From Escherichia coli (GTDB taxonomy: Bacteria; Pseudomonadota; Gammaproteobacteria; Enterobacterales; Enterobacteriaceae): 64,000 nt of DNA. The stretch lies in the NCBI RefSeq assembly GCF_051903065.1, contig NZ_CP178438.1. The stretch is one strand, 5' to 3'. A program made the position numbers and the translations under genes. This document shows, in pieces, positions 46,136 to 56,985 of the stretch; positions within the stretch are counted from its first letter, which is position 1, and every line of letters starts with the position of its first letter. The notes beneath the pieces are model-generated. The model was not told the DNA's origin. It did no database searches and saw nothing but the letters and a program-made list of their open reading frames with translations.

Positions 46136-47269
46136 TTAGAACTGATAAACCAGACCTAAAGCGACAATATCATCGGTAGAGATGCCGTTGGCAGCGTAGA
46201 AACTGTCATCTTCATCCAACAGGTTGATTTTATAGTCAACATAAGTGGACATGTTTTTATTGAAATAGTAAGTCGCGCCAACATCGGCGTATTTAACCAG
46301 ATCTTTATCATCAACACCTGCCGGGTTGTCTGCACCACCGGCAGCGTGCAGGTCACGGCCTTTAGACATCAGGAAAGAGACTGCCGGACGCAGACCAAAA
46401 TCAAACTGGTACTGTGCAGTGACTTCAAAGTTCTGGGTTTTGTTTGCAACAGCATAATCGCTGTCGCCAAACGGGGTCATATTACGCGTTTCTGAATACA
46501 TGGTTGCCAGGTAAATATTGTTAGCATCGTATTTTAGCCCAGCAGTCCACGCGTCTGCTTTATCACCACCCGCCGCAGTATGGTTAACCTGGTCATTGGT
46601 GCGGTCAGAAGAGGTGTATGCCGCACCAGCGCTAAAGCCCATGCCTAAATCATATGTTGTGGAAAGACCCCAGCCGTCACCGTTTTCATGGCGAACATCA
46701 CGTCCGTTGTTGGTGCCTTCCTGACCATTACTGGCTCCTTCGTTGTTACCTTGATACTGCACCGCGAAGTTCAGACCATTTACCAGACCGAAGAAATCAG
46801 TATTACGATAAGTCGCGACGCCATTGGCTCGACCAGTCATAAAGTTGTCTGCATTGGTATAAGAGTCACCGCCAAATTCAGGCTGCATATCGGTCCAGCC
46901 TTCGATGTCGTACATTACGCCATAATTACGTCCGTAATCGAAAGAACCGTAATCTGCAAATTTCAGTCCGGCAAATGCCAGACGGGTCCATGACTGGTTT
47001 TTTGAAGATTCAGTGTTGTTTGCCTGAATATTGTATTCCCATTGACCGTAGCCAGTAAGTTGATCGTTAATTTGGGTTTCGCCTTTAAAACCCAGACGCG
47101 CATAGCTCTGGTCGCCATCTTTCGCTGAATTATCAGAAAAATAATGCAGGCCATCAACTTTGCCATACAGATCTAATTTGTTGCCGTCTTTATTATAAAC
47201 TTCGGCTGCATGTGCAGCACCTGCGGCGAGCAGGGCAGGAATTAAAAGTGCCAGTACTTTGCTTTTCAT
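46136..47269 (-). CDS. ompN: Outer membrane porin OmpN (OmpC/F family, 377 aa)
   Basis: Signal peptide [21 protein letters not shown], general porin sequence, C-terminal …LVYQF. Confidence 0.9.
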   Translation of the reverse strand: MKSKVLALLIPALLAAGAAHAAEVYNKDGNKLDLYGKVDGLHYFSDNSAKDGDQSYARLGFKGETQINDQLTGYGQWEYNIQANNTESSKNQSWTRLAFAGLKFADYGSFDYGRNYGVMYDIEGWTDMQPEFGGDSYTNADNFMTGRANGVATYRNTDFFGLVNGLNFAVQYQGNNEGASNGQEGTNNGRDVRHENGDGWGLSTTYDLGMGFSAGAAYTSSDRTNDQVNHTAAGGDKADAWTAGLKYDANNIYLATMYSETRNMTPFGDSDYAVANKTQNFEVTAQYQFDFGLRPAVSFLMSKGRDLHAAGGADNPAGVDDKDLVKYADVGATYYFNKNMSTYVDYKINLLDEDDSFYAANGISTDDIVALGLVYQF

Positions 47270-47496
47270 TGAATAAATCCTTTAGTTATTTTATTTGCCT
47301 TTTATCCCCATTTCGGGGAGTGAAAACATCCTAAAGGAGAAGTTCAGTTAGCCGATAAATATCATTTGTTACGCCTTAAGTAAAACCTTAATCAAATAAT
47401 TCCTCTGAAATGATAATAAGTCTGGTGAATGTATCGAAGATAATACATACAAAATAAAAATTATACTTTTAATTTTCTATACGTTATTCTGCGCGG

Positions 47497-47608
47497 GTTA
47501 TATGCCTTTATTGTCACAGATTTTATTTTTTGTTGGGCCATTGCATTGCCACTGATTTTCCAACATATAAAAAGACAAGCCCGAACAGTCGTCCGGGCTT
47601 TTTTTTAG
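47497..47608 (+). ncRNA. micC: sRNA MicC
   Basis: GTTATATGCCTTTATTGTCACAGATTTTATTTT… ending in hairpin gcccgaacagtcgtccgggc plus T8; matches my memory of MicC, which lies between ompN and ydbK. Confidence 0.8.
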
Positions 47609-47634
47609 AATTGGATAATCCTTATCCAGAGCAT

Positions 47635-50600
47635 TTAATCGGTGTTGCTTTTTTCCGCTTTTCCGGCCATTTGTGCCAGGAAGTCATAGCGTTTTTGCAA
47701 ATCAGCTGCAGCATCTTTCCATAACTGTTCTGCCACTTCTGGCTGCTGCGAATTCAGACGACGGAAACGTTGCTCGTGAAGTAACGTTTCTTCCAGTGCT
47801 TCTGACGGCGGGCGTGAATCCAGCGCCAGCGGCAGTTTGCCTTCATCGGCACGACGCGGATCGAAGCGATATAGCGGCCAGAAGCCGGTAGCTGTGAGTT
47901 GGCGCATCTGGTCATGGCTGAGTGCCAGATCGTAACCATGCTCTTCACACGGGCTATAAGCAATGATCAGCGATGGTCCCGGATACGCTTCCGCTTCCTG
48001 AATCGCTTTCACCGTCTGGTTCAGTTGCGCGCCGAGAGAAATCTGCGCCACATAAACATGACCGTACATCATCATACTGACGCCAAGATCTTTACGCGCT
48101 TTACGTTTGCCGTGCTCGCCAAATTTAGTTACTGCACCCAGCGGTGTCGCTTTCGACGCCTGACCACCGGTGTTGGAATAGCATTGCGTATCCAGCACCA
48201 GAATGTTGACGTTTTCCGTCAAACTCAATACATGATCCAGACCGCCAAAGCCGATATCGTAAGCCCAGCCGTCGCCACCAATCAGCCAGATTGATTTTTC
48301 TACCAGTGCATCTGCGTCACGCAGCAGTTCATGTGCTTCGGCAACATCGTTGAGTTGCTGGCGTAAAGCTGCAACCTGATCACGACGAACCTCTGGCGTA
48401 GCGTCTGATTTCAACGCCGTCAGTAATTCCGCCGGGATTTTATCGGCAAATTGATCCAGCAGACGCAGCACGCGGACACGGTGTTGATCGACCGTCAGGC
48501 GGAAACCCAGGCCAAATTCGGCGTTATCTTCAAACAGCGAGTTCGCCCATGCCGGCCCGCGACCGTTGGCATCGGTAGTATACGGTGTAGAGGGCAGGTT
48601 ACCGCCATAAATTGAAGAACAGCCAGTGGCGTTAGCGATCAACATCCGGTCGCCATAGAGCTGAGTCAGCAATTTAATATACGGTGTCTCGCCACAACCG
48701 GAGCAAGCACCGGAATATTCAAACAGCGGTGTAATCAGCTGCGATGTACGAATATCAATACGTTCCAGTTTGCTACGGTCGATTTCTGGCAGGTTGAGGA
48801 AGAAATCGTAATTGATTTTCTCTTCTTCGACATGTTCCAGGCGCGACATCATATTGATGGCTTTAATCTCTGGATTCTGACGGTCTTTCGCCGGGCAAAC
48901 TTCGACGCACAGGTTACAACCGGTGCAATCTTCCGGAGCCACCTGCAAGACATATTTCTGCCCGCGCATATCACGCGATTTCACATCCAGCGAATGCAGG
49001 CTGGCAGGGGCGTTTTCCATCGCTTCAGGCGGCACCACTTTTGCGCGAATAGCTGAGTGTGGGCAAGCGGCAACGCAGTGGTTACATTGGGTACAGAGTT
49101 CCTCTTTCCAGATGGGGATCTCTTCGGCGATATTGCGTTTTTCCCAGCGTGTAGTGCCCATCGGCCAGGTGCCGTCTGGCGGCAGCGCCGAAACGGGGAG
49201 GGCATCACCAAGCCCGGCGAGCATCGCAGCGGTTACGGTTTTCACGAAATCAGGGGCGGCATCGGAAACCACAGGCGGTCGATTGGCGCTGTGCGGATTA
49301 ACCGGCTGCAACGGAACTTCTTCCACGGATTCACGCGCCAGCGCCAGAGCCTGCCAGTTGCGCTCCACCAGATCCTGACCTTTGCTACTGTAACTTTTGG
49401 CAATCGCACCCTGCAATTCTGCGAGGGCGCTATCGCCAGGCAGAATTTGCGTCAGATGGAAAAAAGCCATCTGCATGACGGTATTAATACGGGCCGCCAG
49501 GCCACATTCGCGGGCGATTTTCGCTGCGTTAATCACATAGAAGCGCGCTTTTTTCTGGTTTAGCACGGCCTGAACTTCCTGCGGCAAGCGCGACCACACT
49601 TCATCTGCGCTGTACGGCGTGTTGAGCAGGAAAATGCCGCCAGGTTTTAAACGCTCAGCCATCTGATATTTATCGATAAACTGCAACTGGTGGCAGCCAA
49701 CAAAATCAGCCTGGGAAATGAGATAAGCGGAACGAATCGGCTGTTCGCTCACGCGAAGGTGAGAAACCGTCAGGCCGCCCGCCTTTTTGGAGTCGTAAAC
49801 AAAATAGCCCTGTGCGTACCACGGCGTGGAATTACCGATAATCTTGATATTGTTTTTGGTCGCGGAAACGCTGCCATCACTACCAAGGCCATAAAACAAG
49901 GCTTCCAGTTTCGCCGAGTTTGGCAGGGTGTTTTCCGGCAACGGCAGTGACAGATTGGTCACATCATCGTAAATACCAACCGTAAAGCGCGCTTTCGGTT
50001 TAGCCGCGTTGAGCTCGGCAAATACCGCCAGTACACAGTCCGGGCCAAATTCTTTGGATGAAAGACCATAGCGCCCACCAATGACACGGGGCAGAGTTTC
50101 GCGCTCGCCATTATTAAAGGCTTCTGCCAGTGCGGTCATTACATCCAGATAGAGCGGTTCTGCCTGGGCACCGGGTTCTTTGGTTCTGTCCAGTACCGCC
50201 ACGCTGCGTACGGATCCCGGCAGAGCTTGCAGCAAGTGTTTGGCGGAGAAGGGACGGTACAGGCGAACTTTCAGCACGCCAACTTTTTCGCCACGGGTTA
50301 GCAATTCATCAACCACTTCTTCACAGGTGCCAATGGCAGAGCCCATCAGGATAATCACCCGTTCCGCTTGCGGATGCCCGTAATATTCAAACGGCTGATA
50401 CTGACGACCTGTCGCGGCAGAGAAATCATTCATCGCCTGTTCAACATGGTCATAGACCGCGTTGTACCATGGGTTGGTGGCTTCGCGAGACTGGAAATAA
50501 GTGTCAGGATTGGCTGACGTACCGCGGATCACCGGATGTTCCGGGTTGAGCGCCCGGGCGCGATGAGCATCAATTTCGGCCTGCGGCATGAGATCAAGAA

Positions 50601-51159
50601 TAGTGTCATCGGCCAGCGGGACAATTTTATTGATTTCGTGGGACGTACGGAAACCATCAAAGAAATGAATAAATGGCACGCGGCTTTTCAGCGTCGCGAT
50701 GTGCGAAATGAGAGCAAAGTCTTGCGCTTCCTGGACGTTTGCCGCACACAACATCGCGCAACCCGTCTGGCGCACCGCCATGACGTCGGAATGATCGCCA
50801 AAAATAGAGAGTGCATGTGTGGCAACGGTACGTGCCGCTACATGCAGGACAAACGGTGTGAGTTCGCCTGCCAGTTTGTACAGCGTCGGGATCATCAGCA
50901 GCAAACCCTGCGATGACGTAAACGATGTTGAAAGGGCACCCGTCTGCAAAGCGCCATGCACGGTAGCGATAGCACCCGCTTCCGACTGCATTTCAACCAC
51001 GCGTGGTGTGTCTCCCCAAACGTTCTTCAAGCCGTTTCCGGCCCAGGCATCAGCCTGTTCTGCCATCGTGGAACTGGGGGTAATAGGGTAGATGGCGATA
51101 ACTTCACTGGTGCGAAACGCCACCGAAGCAACCGCGCCATTACCGTCAATAGTAATCAT
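47635..51159 (-). CDS. ydbK: Pyruvate:flavodoxin/ferredoxin oxidoreductase (1174 aa)
   Basis: Very large PFOR-type protein with two 4Fe-4S ferredoxin motifs (CTQCNHCVAACP, CTGCNLCVEVCP) and a TPP-binding region. Confidence 0.9.
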   Translation of the reverse strand: MITIDGNGAVASVAFRTSEVIAIYPITPSSTMAEQADAWAGNGLKNVWGDTPRVVEMQSEAGAIATVHGALQTGALSTSFTSSQGLLLMIPTLYKLAGELTPFVLHVAARTVATHALSIFGDHSDVMAVRQTGCAMLCAANVQEAQDFALISHIATLKSRVPFIHFFDGFRTSHEINKIVPLADDTILDLMPQAEIDAHRARALNPEHPVIRGTSANPDTYFQSREATNPWYNAVYDHVEQAMNDFSAATGRQYQPFEYYGHPQAERVIILMGSAIGTCEEVVDELLTRGEKVGVLKVRLYRPFSAKHLLQALPGSVRSVAVLDRTKEPGAQAEPLYLDVMTALAEAFNNGERETLPRVIGGRYGLSSKEFGPDCVLAVFAELNAAKPKARFTVGIYDDVTNLSLPLPENTLPNSAKLEALFYGLGSDGSVSATKNNIKIIGNSTPWYAQGYFVYDSKKAGGLTVSHLRVSEQPIRSAYLISQADFVGCHQLQFIDKYQMAERLKPGGIFLLNTPYSADEVWSRLPQEVQAVLNQKKARFYVINAAKIARECGLAARINTVMQMAFFHLTQILPGDSALAELQGAIAKSYSSKGQDLVERNWQALALARESVEEVPLQPVNPHSANRPPVVSDAAPDFVKTVTAAMLAGLGDALPVSALPPDGTWPMGTTRWEKRNIAEEIPIWKEELCTQCNHCVAACPHSAIRAKVVPPEAMENAPASLHSLDVKSRDMRGQKYVLQVAPEDCTGCNLCVEVCPAKDRQNPEIKAINMMSRLEHVEEEKINYDFFLNLPEIDRSKLERIDIRTSQLITPLFEYSGACSGCGETPYIKLLTQLYGDRMLIANATGCSSIYGGNLPSTPYTTDANGRGPAWANSLFEDNAEFGLGFRLTVDQHRVRVLRLLDQFADKIPAELLTALKSDATPEVRRDQVAALRQQLNDVAEAHELLRDADALVEKSIWLIGGDGWAYDIGFGGLDHVLSLTENVNILVLDTQCYSNTGGQASKATPLGAVTKFGEHGKRKARKDLGVSMMMYGHVYVAQISLGAQLNQTVKAIQEAEAYPGPSLIIAYSPCEEHGYDLALSHDQMRQLTATGFWPLYRFDPRRADEGKLPLALDSRPPSEALEETLLHEQRFRRLNSQQPEVAEQLWKDAAADLQKRYDFLAQMAGKAEKSNTD

Positions 51160-51432
51160 ATGACACCCTTACATTGCGCAAATGAGGGGCGCACGAAATT
51201 GCTGCGCGCCCAGTAGTAATCCTTCAATTTTAGCAAATGGCTTTCTTCTGCATTTTCGCTTTTGTGTCCCCCACATCAGCGTAATGAATGTTTTGATCAA
51301 ACAGAGGGCAAAAAAATAGCCATAAAAAAGTAAAAATGCGGGGCAACGCGCAGGACAGCTCTCGACGCCGCCCTCTGCGCTGCCTATTATTTATGGCGGT
51401 GTCGTTTGGCTTGAAGATCAGAGGAAGAAGAG

Positions 51433-51699
51433 ATGCGAGCAGCGTTTTGGGTAGGGTGTGCCGCTTTATTGTTGTCGGCGTGTAGTAGTGAGCCTGTTCA
51501 GCAGGCGACTGCGGCGCACGTAGCGCCAGGTTTAAAAGCGTCGATGTCCAGTAGTGGAGAAGCAAATTGTGCAATGATCGGCGGTTCGCTTTCTGTTGCC
51601 CGTCAACTGGATGGTACGGCGATTGGGATGTGTGCATTACCCAACGGCAAACGCTGTAGCGAACAGTCACTTGCCGCCGGGAGCTGTGGCAGCTATTAA
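51433..51699 (+). CDS. ydbJ: Small secreted/lipoprotein (DUF333, 88 aa)
   Basis: Signal peptide with lipobox (LLSAC) and a short Cys-containing domain. Confidence 0.75.
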   Translation: MRAAFWVGCAALLLSACSSEPVQQATAAHVAPGLKASMSSSGEANCAMIGGSLSVARQLDGTAIGMCALPNGKRCSEQSLAAGSCGSY

Positions 51700-52118
51700 T
51701 TCATTAAATCCGCCAGCTTATAAGTTAATGTCTGTTTCGCGGTCGCCAGCGTTAACTGGTTCGCGGTCAGATCCACTTGTGCACCTTCTTTCAGCATTTC
51801 GCTAATGGTGTTATCGAGTTCATTAAGCTGCGGGTTAGCGCACATCATACGGGTCATTGCTAGCCCTTTGGCTGTCAGTTCACCATTAGACAGTTTGCCT
51901 TCACCGCTAAAGCGGTTACACATGCTGCCGGAAATCATCATTTTTTCACCAAAGCTGATTTCTGGCGGATTTTTATCGCTGGTCACGGGCTTACCGTTTA
52001 CGCTTTCCAGCACAAAGCGATGATGCTGTAGCTGTTCTGGCGTAACAGCAATTTTGTCGTTACTTACACATCCCGCCATCAGCAGGCTTAGCGCAACAAA
52101 CGCGGCTACTTTCTTCAT
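51696..52118 (-). CDS. hslJ: Heat-inducible lipoprotein HslJ (140 aa)
   Basis: MKKVAAFVALSLLMAGC lipoprotein signal; META domain. Confidence 0.85.
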   Translation of the reverse strand: MKKVAAFVALSLLMAGCVSNDKIAVTPEQLQHHRFVLESVNGKPVTSDKNPPEISFGEKMMISGSMCNRFSGEGKLSNGELTAKGLAMTRMMCANPQLNELDNTISEMLKEGAQVDLTANQLTLATAKQTLTYKLADLMN

Positions 52119-52228
52119 TGTGGTTCTCAATTACAGTTTCTGACTCAGGACTATTTTAAGAATAGAGAATGAAAGGTCATTGGGGATTATCTGAATCAGC
52201 TCCCCTGGAATGCAGGGGAGCGGCAAGA

Positions 52229-53218
52229 TTAAACCAGTTCGTTCGGGCAGGTTTCACCTTTTTCCAGATTGCTTAAGTTTTGCAGCGTAGTCTGAGAAAT
52301 ACTGGTCAGAGCTTCTGCTGTCAGGAATGCCTGGTGCCCGGTAAACAGCACGTTGTGGCAGGCAGACAGGCGACGGAATACGTCATCCTGGATCACGTCG
52401 TTGGATTTATCTTCAAAGAACAGATCGCGTTCGTTCTCATACACGTCCATACCCAACGAACCAATTTTCTGATTTTTCAGCGCTTCAATTGCTGCCTGAG
52501 AATCAATCAATGCACCGCGACTGGTATTGACGATCATCACGCCATTTTTCATCTGATCGAAGGCGGCTTCGTTCAACAGATGGTAGTTTTCCGGTGTCAG
52601 CGGGCAGTGCAGAGAGATAACGTCTGATTCAGAGAACAGGGTTGGCAGATCGACATACTCCACACCGAGTTCCAGCGCCGCTGCACTTGGATACGGATCG
52701 AACGCCAGCAGACGCATACCAAAACCTTTCAGAATGCGCAGCATCGCCACACCGATTTTACCGGTACCGATAACGCCTGCCGTTTTGCCATACATAGTAA
52801 AGCCGGTCAGACCTTCCAGAGAGAAGTTAGCGTCACGGGTACGCTGATACGCGCGGTGAATACGGCGGTTCAGCGTCATCATCATACCGATGGCGTGTTC
52901 AGCAACGGCCTCTGGATCATAGGCTGGAACACGGACTACTTTCAGCCCCAGTTCTTTTGCCGCATCAAGGTCGACGTTATTGAAACCGGCACAGCGCAGG
53001 GCGATATATTTAACGCCGTGCTTTTTCAGCTCTTCCAGCACCGGGCGGCTGCCGTCATCGTTTACGAAAATACATACCGCTTCGCAGCCATTGGCAGTTT
53101 TAGCGGTTTTTTCCGTCAGCAGAAAGTCAAAAAATTCCAGCTCAAAGCCAAAGGACTCGTTCACCTGTTGCAGGTACTTCTTGTCGTACTGTTTTGTGCT
53201 ATAAACGGCGAGTTTCAT
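52229..53218 (-). CDS. ldhA: Fermentative D-lactate dehydrogenase (329 aa)
   Basis: MKLAVYSTKQYDKKYLQQVNE…; D-2-hydroxyacid dehydrogenase motif GVIGTGKIG. Confidence 0.95.
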   Translation of the reverse strand: MKLAVYSTKQYDKKYLQQVNESFGFELEFFDFLLTEKTAKTANGCEAVCIFVNDDGSRPVLEELKKHGVKYIALRCAGFNNVDLDAAKELGLKVVRVPAYDPEAVAEHAIGMMMTLNRRIHRAYQRTRDANFSLEGLTGFTMYGKTAGVIGTGKIGVAMLRILKGFGMRLLAFDPYPSAAALELGVEYVDLPTLFSESDVISLHCPLTPENYHLLNEAAFDQMKNGVMIVNTSRGALIDSQAAIEALKNQKIGSLGMDVYENERDLFFEDKSNDVIQDDVFRRLSACHNVLFTGHQAFLTAEALTSISQTTLQNLSNLEKGETCPNELV

Positions 53219-53425
53219 AAGACTTTCTCCAGTGATGTTGAATCACATTTAAGCTACTAAAAATATTTTACAAAATTTCAAATTTAATTGAAAGCTATGG
53301 CGATATTGAAAAATTCATCAACAACTATGCTTAGTGTAGGCGCAACCTTCAACTGAACGGTTAAACATGCCACAATACCCGTATTGAATGCTTAATTTTT
53401 CGCTAAATCAGGATATTAACTACCC

Positions 53426-56065
53426 ATGCTGGGTAAATATAAAGCCGTTCTCGCGCTGTTATTACTGATTATTCTTGTGCCGTTGACGCTGCTGATGACG
53501 CTCGGGCTGTGGGTTCCCACGCTGGCGGGCATCTGGCTACCGCTCGGGACACGTATTGCATTAGATGAAAGTCCACGCATTACGCGTAAAGGTTTAATCA
53601 TTCCCGATCTCCGTTATCTGGTGGGAGATTGTCAGCTTGCGCATATCACCAACGCCAGCCTTTCACATCCCAGCCGCTGGTTATTGAACGTCGGCACGGT
53701 AGAACTTGATTCTGCTTGTCTGGCGAAATTGCCGCAGACGGAGCAATCGCCAGCTGCTCCAAAAACCCTTGCGCAGTGGCAGTCCATGCTGCCTAACACC
53801 TGGATCAATATCGATAAACTGATTTTTTCTCCCTGGCAGGAATGGCAGGGAAAACTCTCTCTCGCATTAACCTCTGATATCCAGCAACTGCGTTATCAGG
53901 GCGAAAAAGTTAAATTTCAAGGCCAGCTGAAAGGGCAACAACTTACAGTCAGCGAACTGGATGTCGTCGCGTTTGAAAATCAGCCGCCGGTTAAACTGGT
54001 GGGGGAATTTACTATGCCGCTCGTGCCGGATGGACTTCCTGTAAGTGGGCATGCTACTGCGACGTTAAACTTGCCGCAGGAACCGTCACTGGTGGATGCC
54101 GAGCTGGACTGGCAGGAAAATAGCGGGCAATTGATCGTGCTGGCACGGGATAACGGCGATCCGTTGCTCGATTTGCCGTGGCGAATTACTCGTCAACAAT
54201 TGACCGTAAGCGATGGTCGCTGGAGCTGGCCGTATGTAGGTTTTCCTTTGAGTGGCCGACTGGGTGTCAAAGTCGACAACTGGCAGGCAGGGCTTGAGAA
54301 CGCTCTGGTCAGCGGACGATTGAGTGTGCTGACCCAGGGGCAAGCGGGTAAGGGCAACGCGGTGCTTAATTTTGGCCCAGGAAAATTAAGCATGGATAAC
54401 AGCCAGCTGCCTCTGCAGCTGACCGGTGAAGCGAAACAGGCGGACCTCATTTTATATGCCCGTTTACCTGCGCAGGTAAGTGGAAGTCTGTCTGACCCAA
54501 CGCTGACCTTTGAGCCAGGCGCGTTACTTCGTTCAAAGGGAAGAGTCATCGATTCGCTGGACATCGATGAAATCCGCTGGCCTTTAGCGGGTGTAAAAGT
54601 CACCCAACGTGGTGTTGACGGACGTTTGCAGGCCATTTTGCAGGCGCATGAAAATGAACTGGGCGATTTCGTGCTGCATATGGATGGGCTGGCGAATGAT
54701 TTTCTCCCTGACGCTGGCCGCTGGCAGTGGCGCTACTGGGGAAAAGGGAGTTTTACACCGATGAATGCCACCTGGGATGTCGCAGGAAAAGGTGAGTGGC
54801 ATGACAGCACGATTACGCTGACCGATCTCTCCACCGGTTTCGACCAGTTACAATACGGTACGATGACGGTAGAAAAGCCGCGATTAATTCTCGACAAGCC
54901 CGTCGTCTGGGTACGTGACGCACAGCATCCCTCCTTCAGCGGCGCGCTGTCACTGGACGCCGGGCAAACGCTGTTCACTGGCGGCAGTGTGTTACCGCCA
55001 TCAACCTTAAAATTTAGCGTCGATGGGCGCGATCCGACGTATTTCCTCTTTAAAGGCGATTTACATGCTGGTGAGATTGGCCCGGTTCGGGTAAATGGTC
55101 GCTGGGACGGTATTCGTCTGCGCGGTAATGCCTGGTGGCCTAAACAATCACTGACTGTATTCCAGCCGCTGGTGCCACCCGACTGGAAGATGAACTTACG
55201 CGATGGTGAACTGTATGCTCAGGTTGCATTTTCTGCTGCGCCTGAACAAGGATTCCGCGCGGGAGGGCACGGCGTGTTGAAAGGCGGTAGTACCTGGATG
55301 CCAGATAATCAGGTGAACGGTGTCGATTTTGTCCTGCCTTTCCGTTTTGCCGATGGAGCCTGGCATCTGGGGACTCGCGGCCCCGTTACGTTGCGAATTG
55401 CCGAAGTGATTAATCTGGTGACAGCGAAAAATATTACGGCTGATTTGCAAGGGCGTTATCCGTGGACTGAAGAAGAACCCTTGCTGTTGACTGATGTTAG
55501 CGTCGATGTGTTAGGCGGTAACGTGCTGATGAAACAATTACGTATGCCGCAACATGACCCGGCGCTGTTGCGGCTGAATAATCTCTCATCCAGCGAACTG
55601 GTTAGCGCCGTCAATCCGAAACAATTCGCCATGTCCGGGGCATTTAGTGGTGCATTGCCGTTATGGCTAAACAACGAAAAATGGATAGTGAAAGATGGTT
55701 GGCTGGCAAATAGCGGGCCAATGACCTTGCGGCTGGATAAAGACACCGCAGATGCGGTGGTGAAAGACAATATGACTGCGGGTTCAGCAATTAACTGGTT
55801 GCGCTATATGGAAATTAGCCGTTCATCGACAAATATTAATTTAGATAATCTCGGTTTATTAACCATGCAGGCCAACATTTCGGGCACCAGTCGCGTCGAT
55901 GGTAAAAGCGGTACGGTAAACCTTAATTATCACCATGAAGAGAATATTTTTACGTTATGGCGCAGTTTACGCTTTGGAGATAATCTCCAGGTATGGCTGG
56001 AGCAGAATGCCCAGCTACCGGAAACTGGCTGCCCATCAGGAAAAGAGTGTGAGGAAAAACAATGA
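53426..56065 (+). CDS. ydbH: AsmA-like protein YdbH (879 aa)
   Basis: N-terminal membrane anchor and long beta-rich periplasmic protein; followed by ynbE-ydbL. Confidence 0.85.
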   Translation: MLGKYKAVLALLLLIILVPLTLLMTLGLWVPTLAGIWLPLGTRIALDESPRITRKGLIIPDLRYLVGDCQLAHITNASLSHPSRWLLNVGTVELDSACLAKLPQTEQSPAAPKTLAQWQSMLPNTWINIDKLIFSPWQEWQGKLSLALTSDIQQLRYQGEKVKFQGQLKGQQLTVSELDVVAFENQPPVKLVGEFTMPLVPDGLPVSGHATATLNLPQEPSLVDAELDWQENSGQLIVLARDNGDPLLDLPWRITRQQLTVSDGRWSWPYVGFPLSGRLGVKVDNWQAGLENALVSGRLSVLTQGQAGKGNAVLNFGPGKLSMDNSQLPLQLTGEAKQADLILYARLPAQVSGSLSDPTLTFEPGALLRSKGRVIDSLDIDEIRWPLAGVKVTQRGVDGRLQAILQAHENELGDFVLHMDGLANDFLPDAGRWQWRYWGKGSFTPMNATWDVAGKGEWHDSTITLTDLSTGFDQLQYGTMTVEKPRLILDKPVVWVRDAQHPSFSGALSLDAGQTLFTGGSVLPPSTLKFSVDGRDPTYFLFKGDLHAGEIGPVRVNGRWDGIRLRGNAWWPKQSLTVFQPLVPPDWKMNLRDGELYAQVAFSAAPEQGFRAGGHGVLKGGSTWMPDNQVNGVDFVLPFRFADGAWHLGTRGPVTLRIAEVINLVTAKNITADLQGRYPWTEEEPLLLTDVSVDVLGGNVLMKQLRMPQHDPALLRLNNLSSSELVSAVNPKQFAMSGAFSGALPLWLNNEKWIVKDGWLANSGPMTLRLDKDTADAVVKDNMTAGSAINWLRYMEISRSSTNINLDNLGLLTMQANISGTSRVDGKSGTVNLNYHHEENIFTLWRSLRFGDNLQVWLEQNAQLPETGCPSGKECEEKQ

Positions 56066-56247
56066 AAATAGTGATAGCCGCGTTTGCGTCCTCTTTTATG
56101 TTGGTTGGTTGCACGCCTCGCATTGAAGTGGCTGCGCCGAAAGAGCCAATCACCATTAATATGAACGTTAAAATTGAGCATGAAATCATCATTAAAGCGG
56201 ATAAGGACGTTGAAGACCTGCTCAAAACCCGTAGCGATCTATTTTGA
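56062..56247 (+). CDS. ynbE: Small lipoprotein YnbE (61 aa)
   Basis: MKIVIAAFASSFMLVGC lipobox; overlaps ydbH stop. Confidence 0.8.
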   Translation: MKIVIAAFASSFMLVGCTPRIEVAAPKEPITINMNVKIEHEIIIKADKDVEDLLKTRSDLF

Positions 56248-56251
56248 GGTG

Positions 56252-56578
56252 ATGATGAAAAGAACATTACTCATAGCTGTATGGGCCATTGGCCTGATGA
56301 GCGACGGTGCAATGGCTTTAACCCTGAACGAAGCCAGAAGTCAGGGGCGGGTAGGTGAAACGCTTAACGGTTACCTGGTGGCGCTACAAACGGATGCCGA
56401 AACACAGGCATTAGTAAAAGATATTAATGAAGCTCGTAACCATAGTTACCAACAACTGGCAAAGCAAAATAATGTATCCACTAAAGAGATAGCCAAACTG
56501 GCTGGACAAAAGCTTGTTGCTCGCGCGAAGTCGGGGCAATATGTTCAGGGAGTTAATGGTAAATGGTTGCGCAAATAA
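56252..56578 (+). CDS. ydbL: Periplasmic protein YdbL (DUF1318, about 108 aa)
   Basis: Internal Met giving MMKRTLLIAVWAIGLMSDGAMA signal peptide. Confidence 0.8.
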   Translation: MMKRTLLIAVWAIGLMSDGAMALTLNEARSQGRVGETLNGYLVALQTDAETQALVKDINEARNHSYQQLAKQNNVSTKEIAKLAGQKLVARAKSGQYVQGVNGKWLRK

Positions 56579-56985
56579 ATTATAGTTGGCTACAAAATGT
56601 ATCTATTAATGATCTTTTACAGTATTTAAACTGACGTTAGCATGCTTAATTACCGTGGGTATTTCTACAAAAACCTTATATATCCTTCCCTTAAATAACA
56701 AATCATTACTAATATATATGTAATCACAAAATATATATGCAGCGTCAATGAATTATTAGTGTGTTTTTGTTTTTTGTCGTTAATTTTTAGATTGAAGTGA
56801 GTTTTTTGTGGAATATAATTCCATCAACTGTTTTTTTGTATGCTTTTACTTGCCTGATTTTAATATTGATTTTGTGAATTATATAAGCATTTCTTTATTG
56901 CTTACTTCACTATGAATATTTACTACGATTTATCTTCAAATTCTGCATGGCTTGTTACGCACGGTCTAGATCTAAGGAATTTTAT

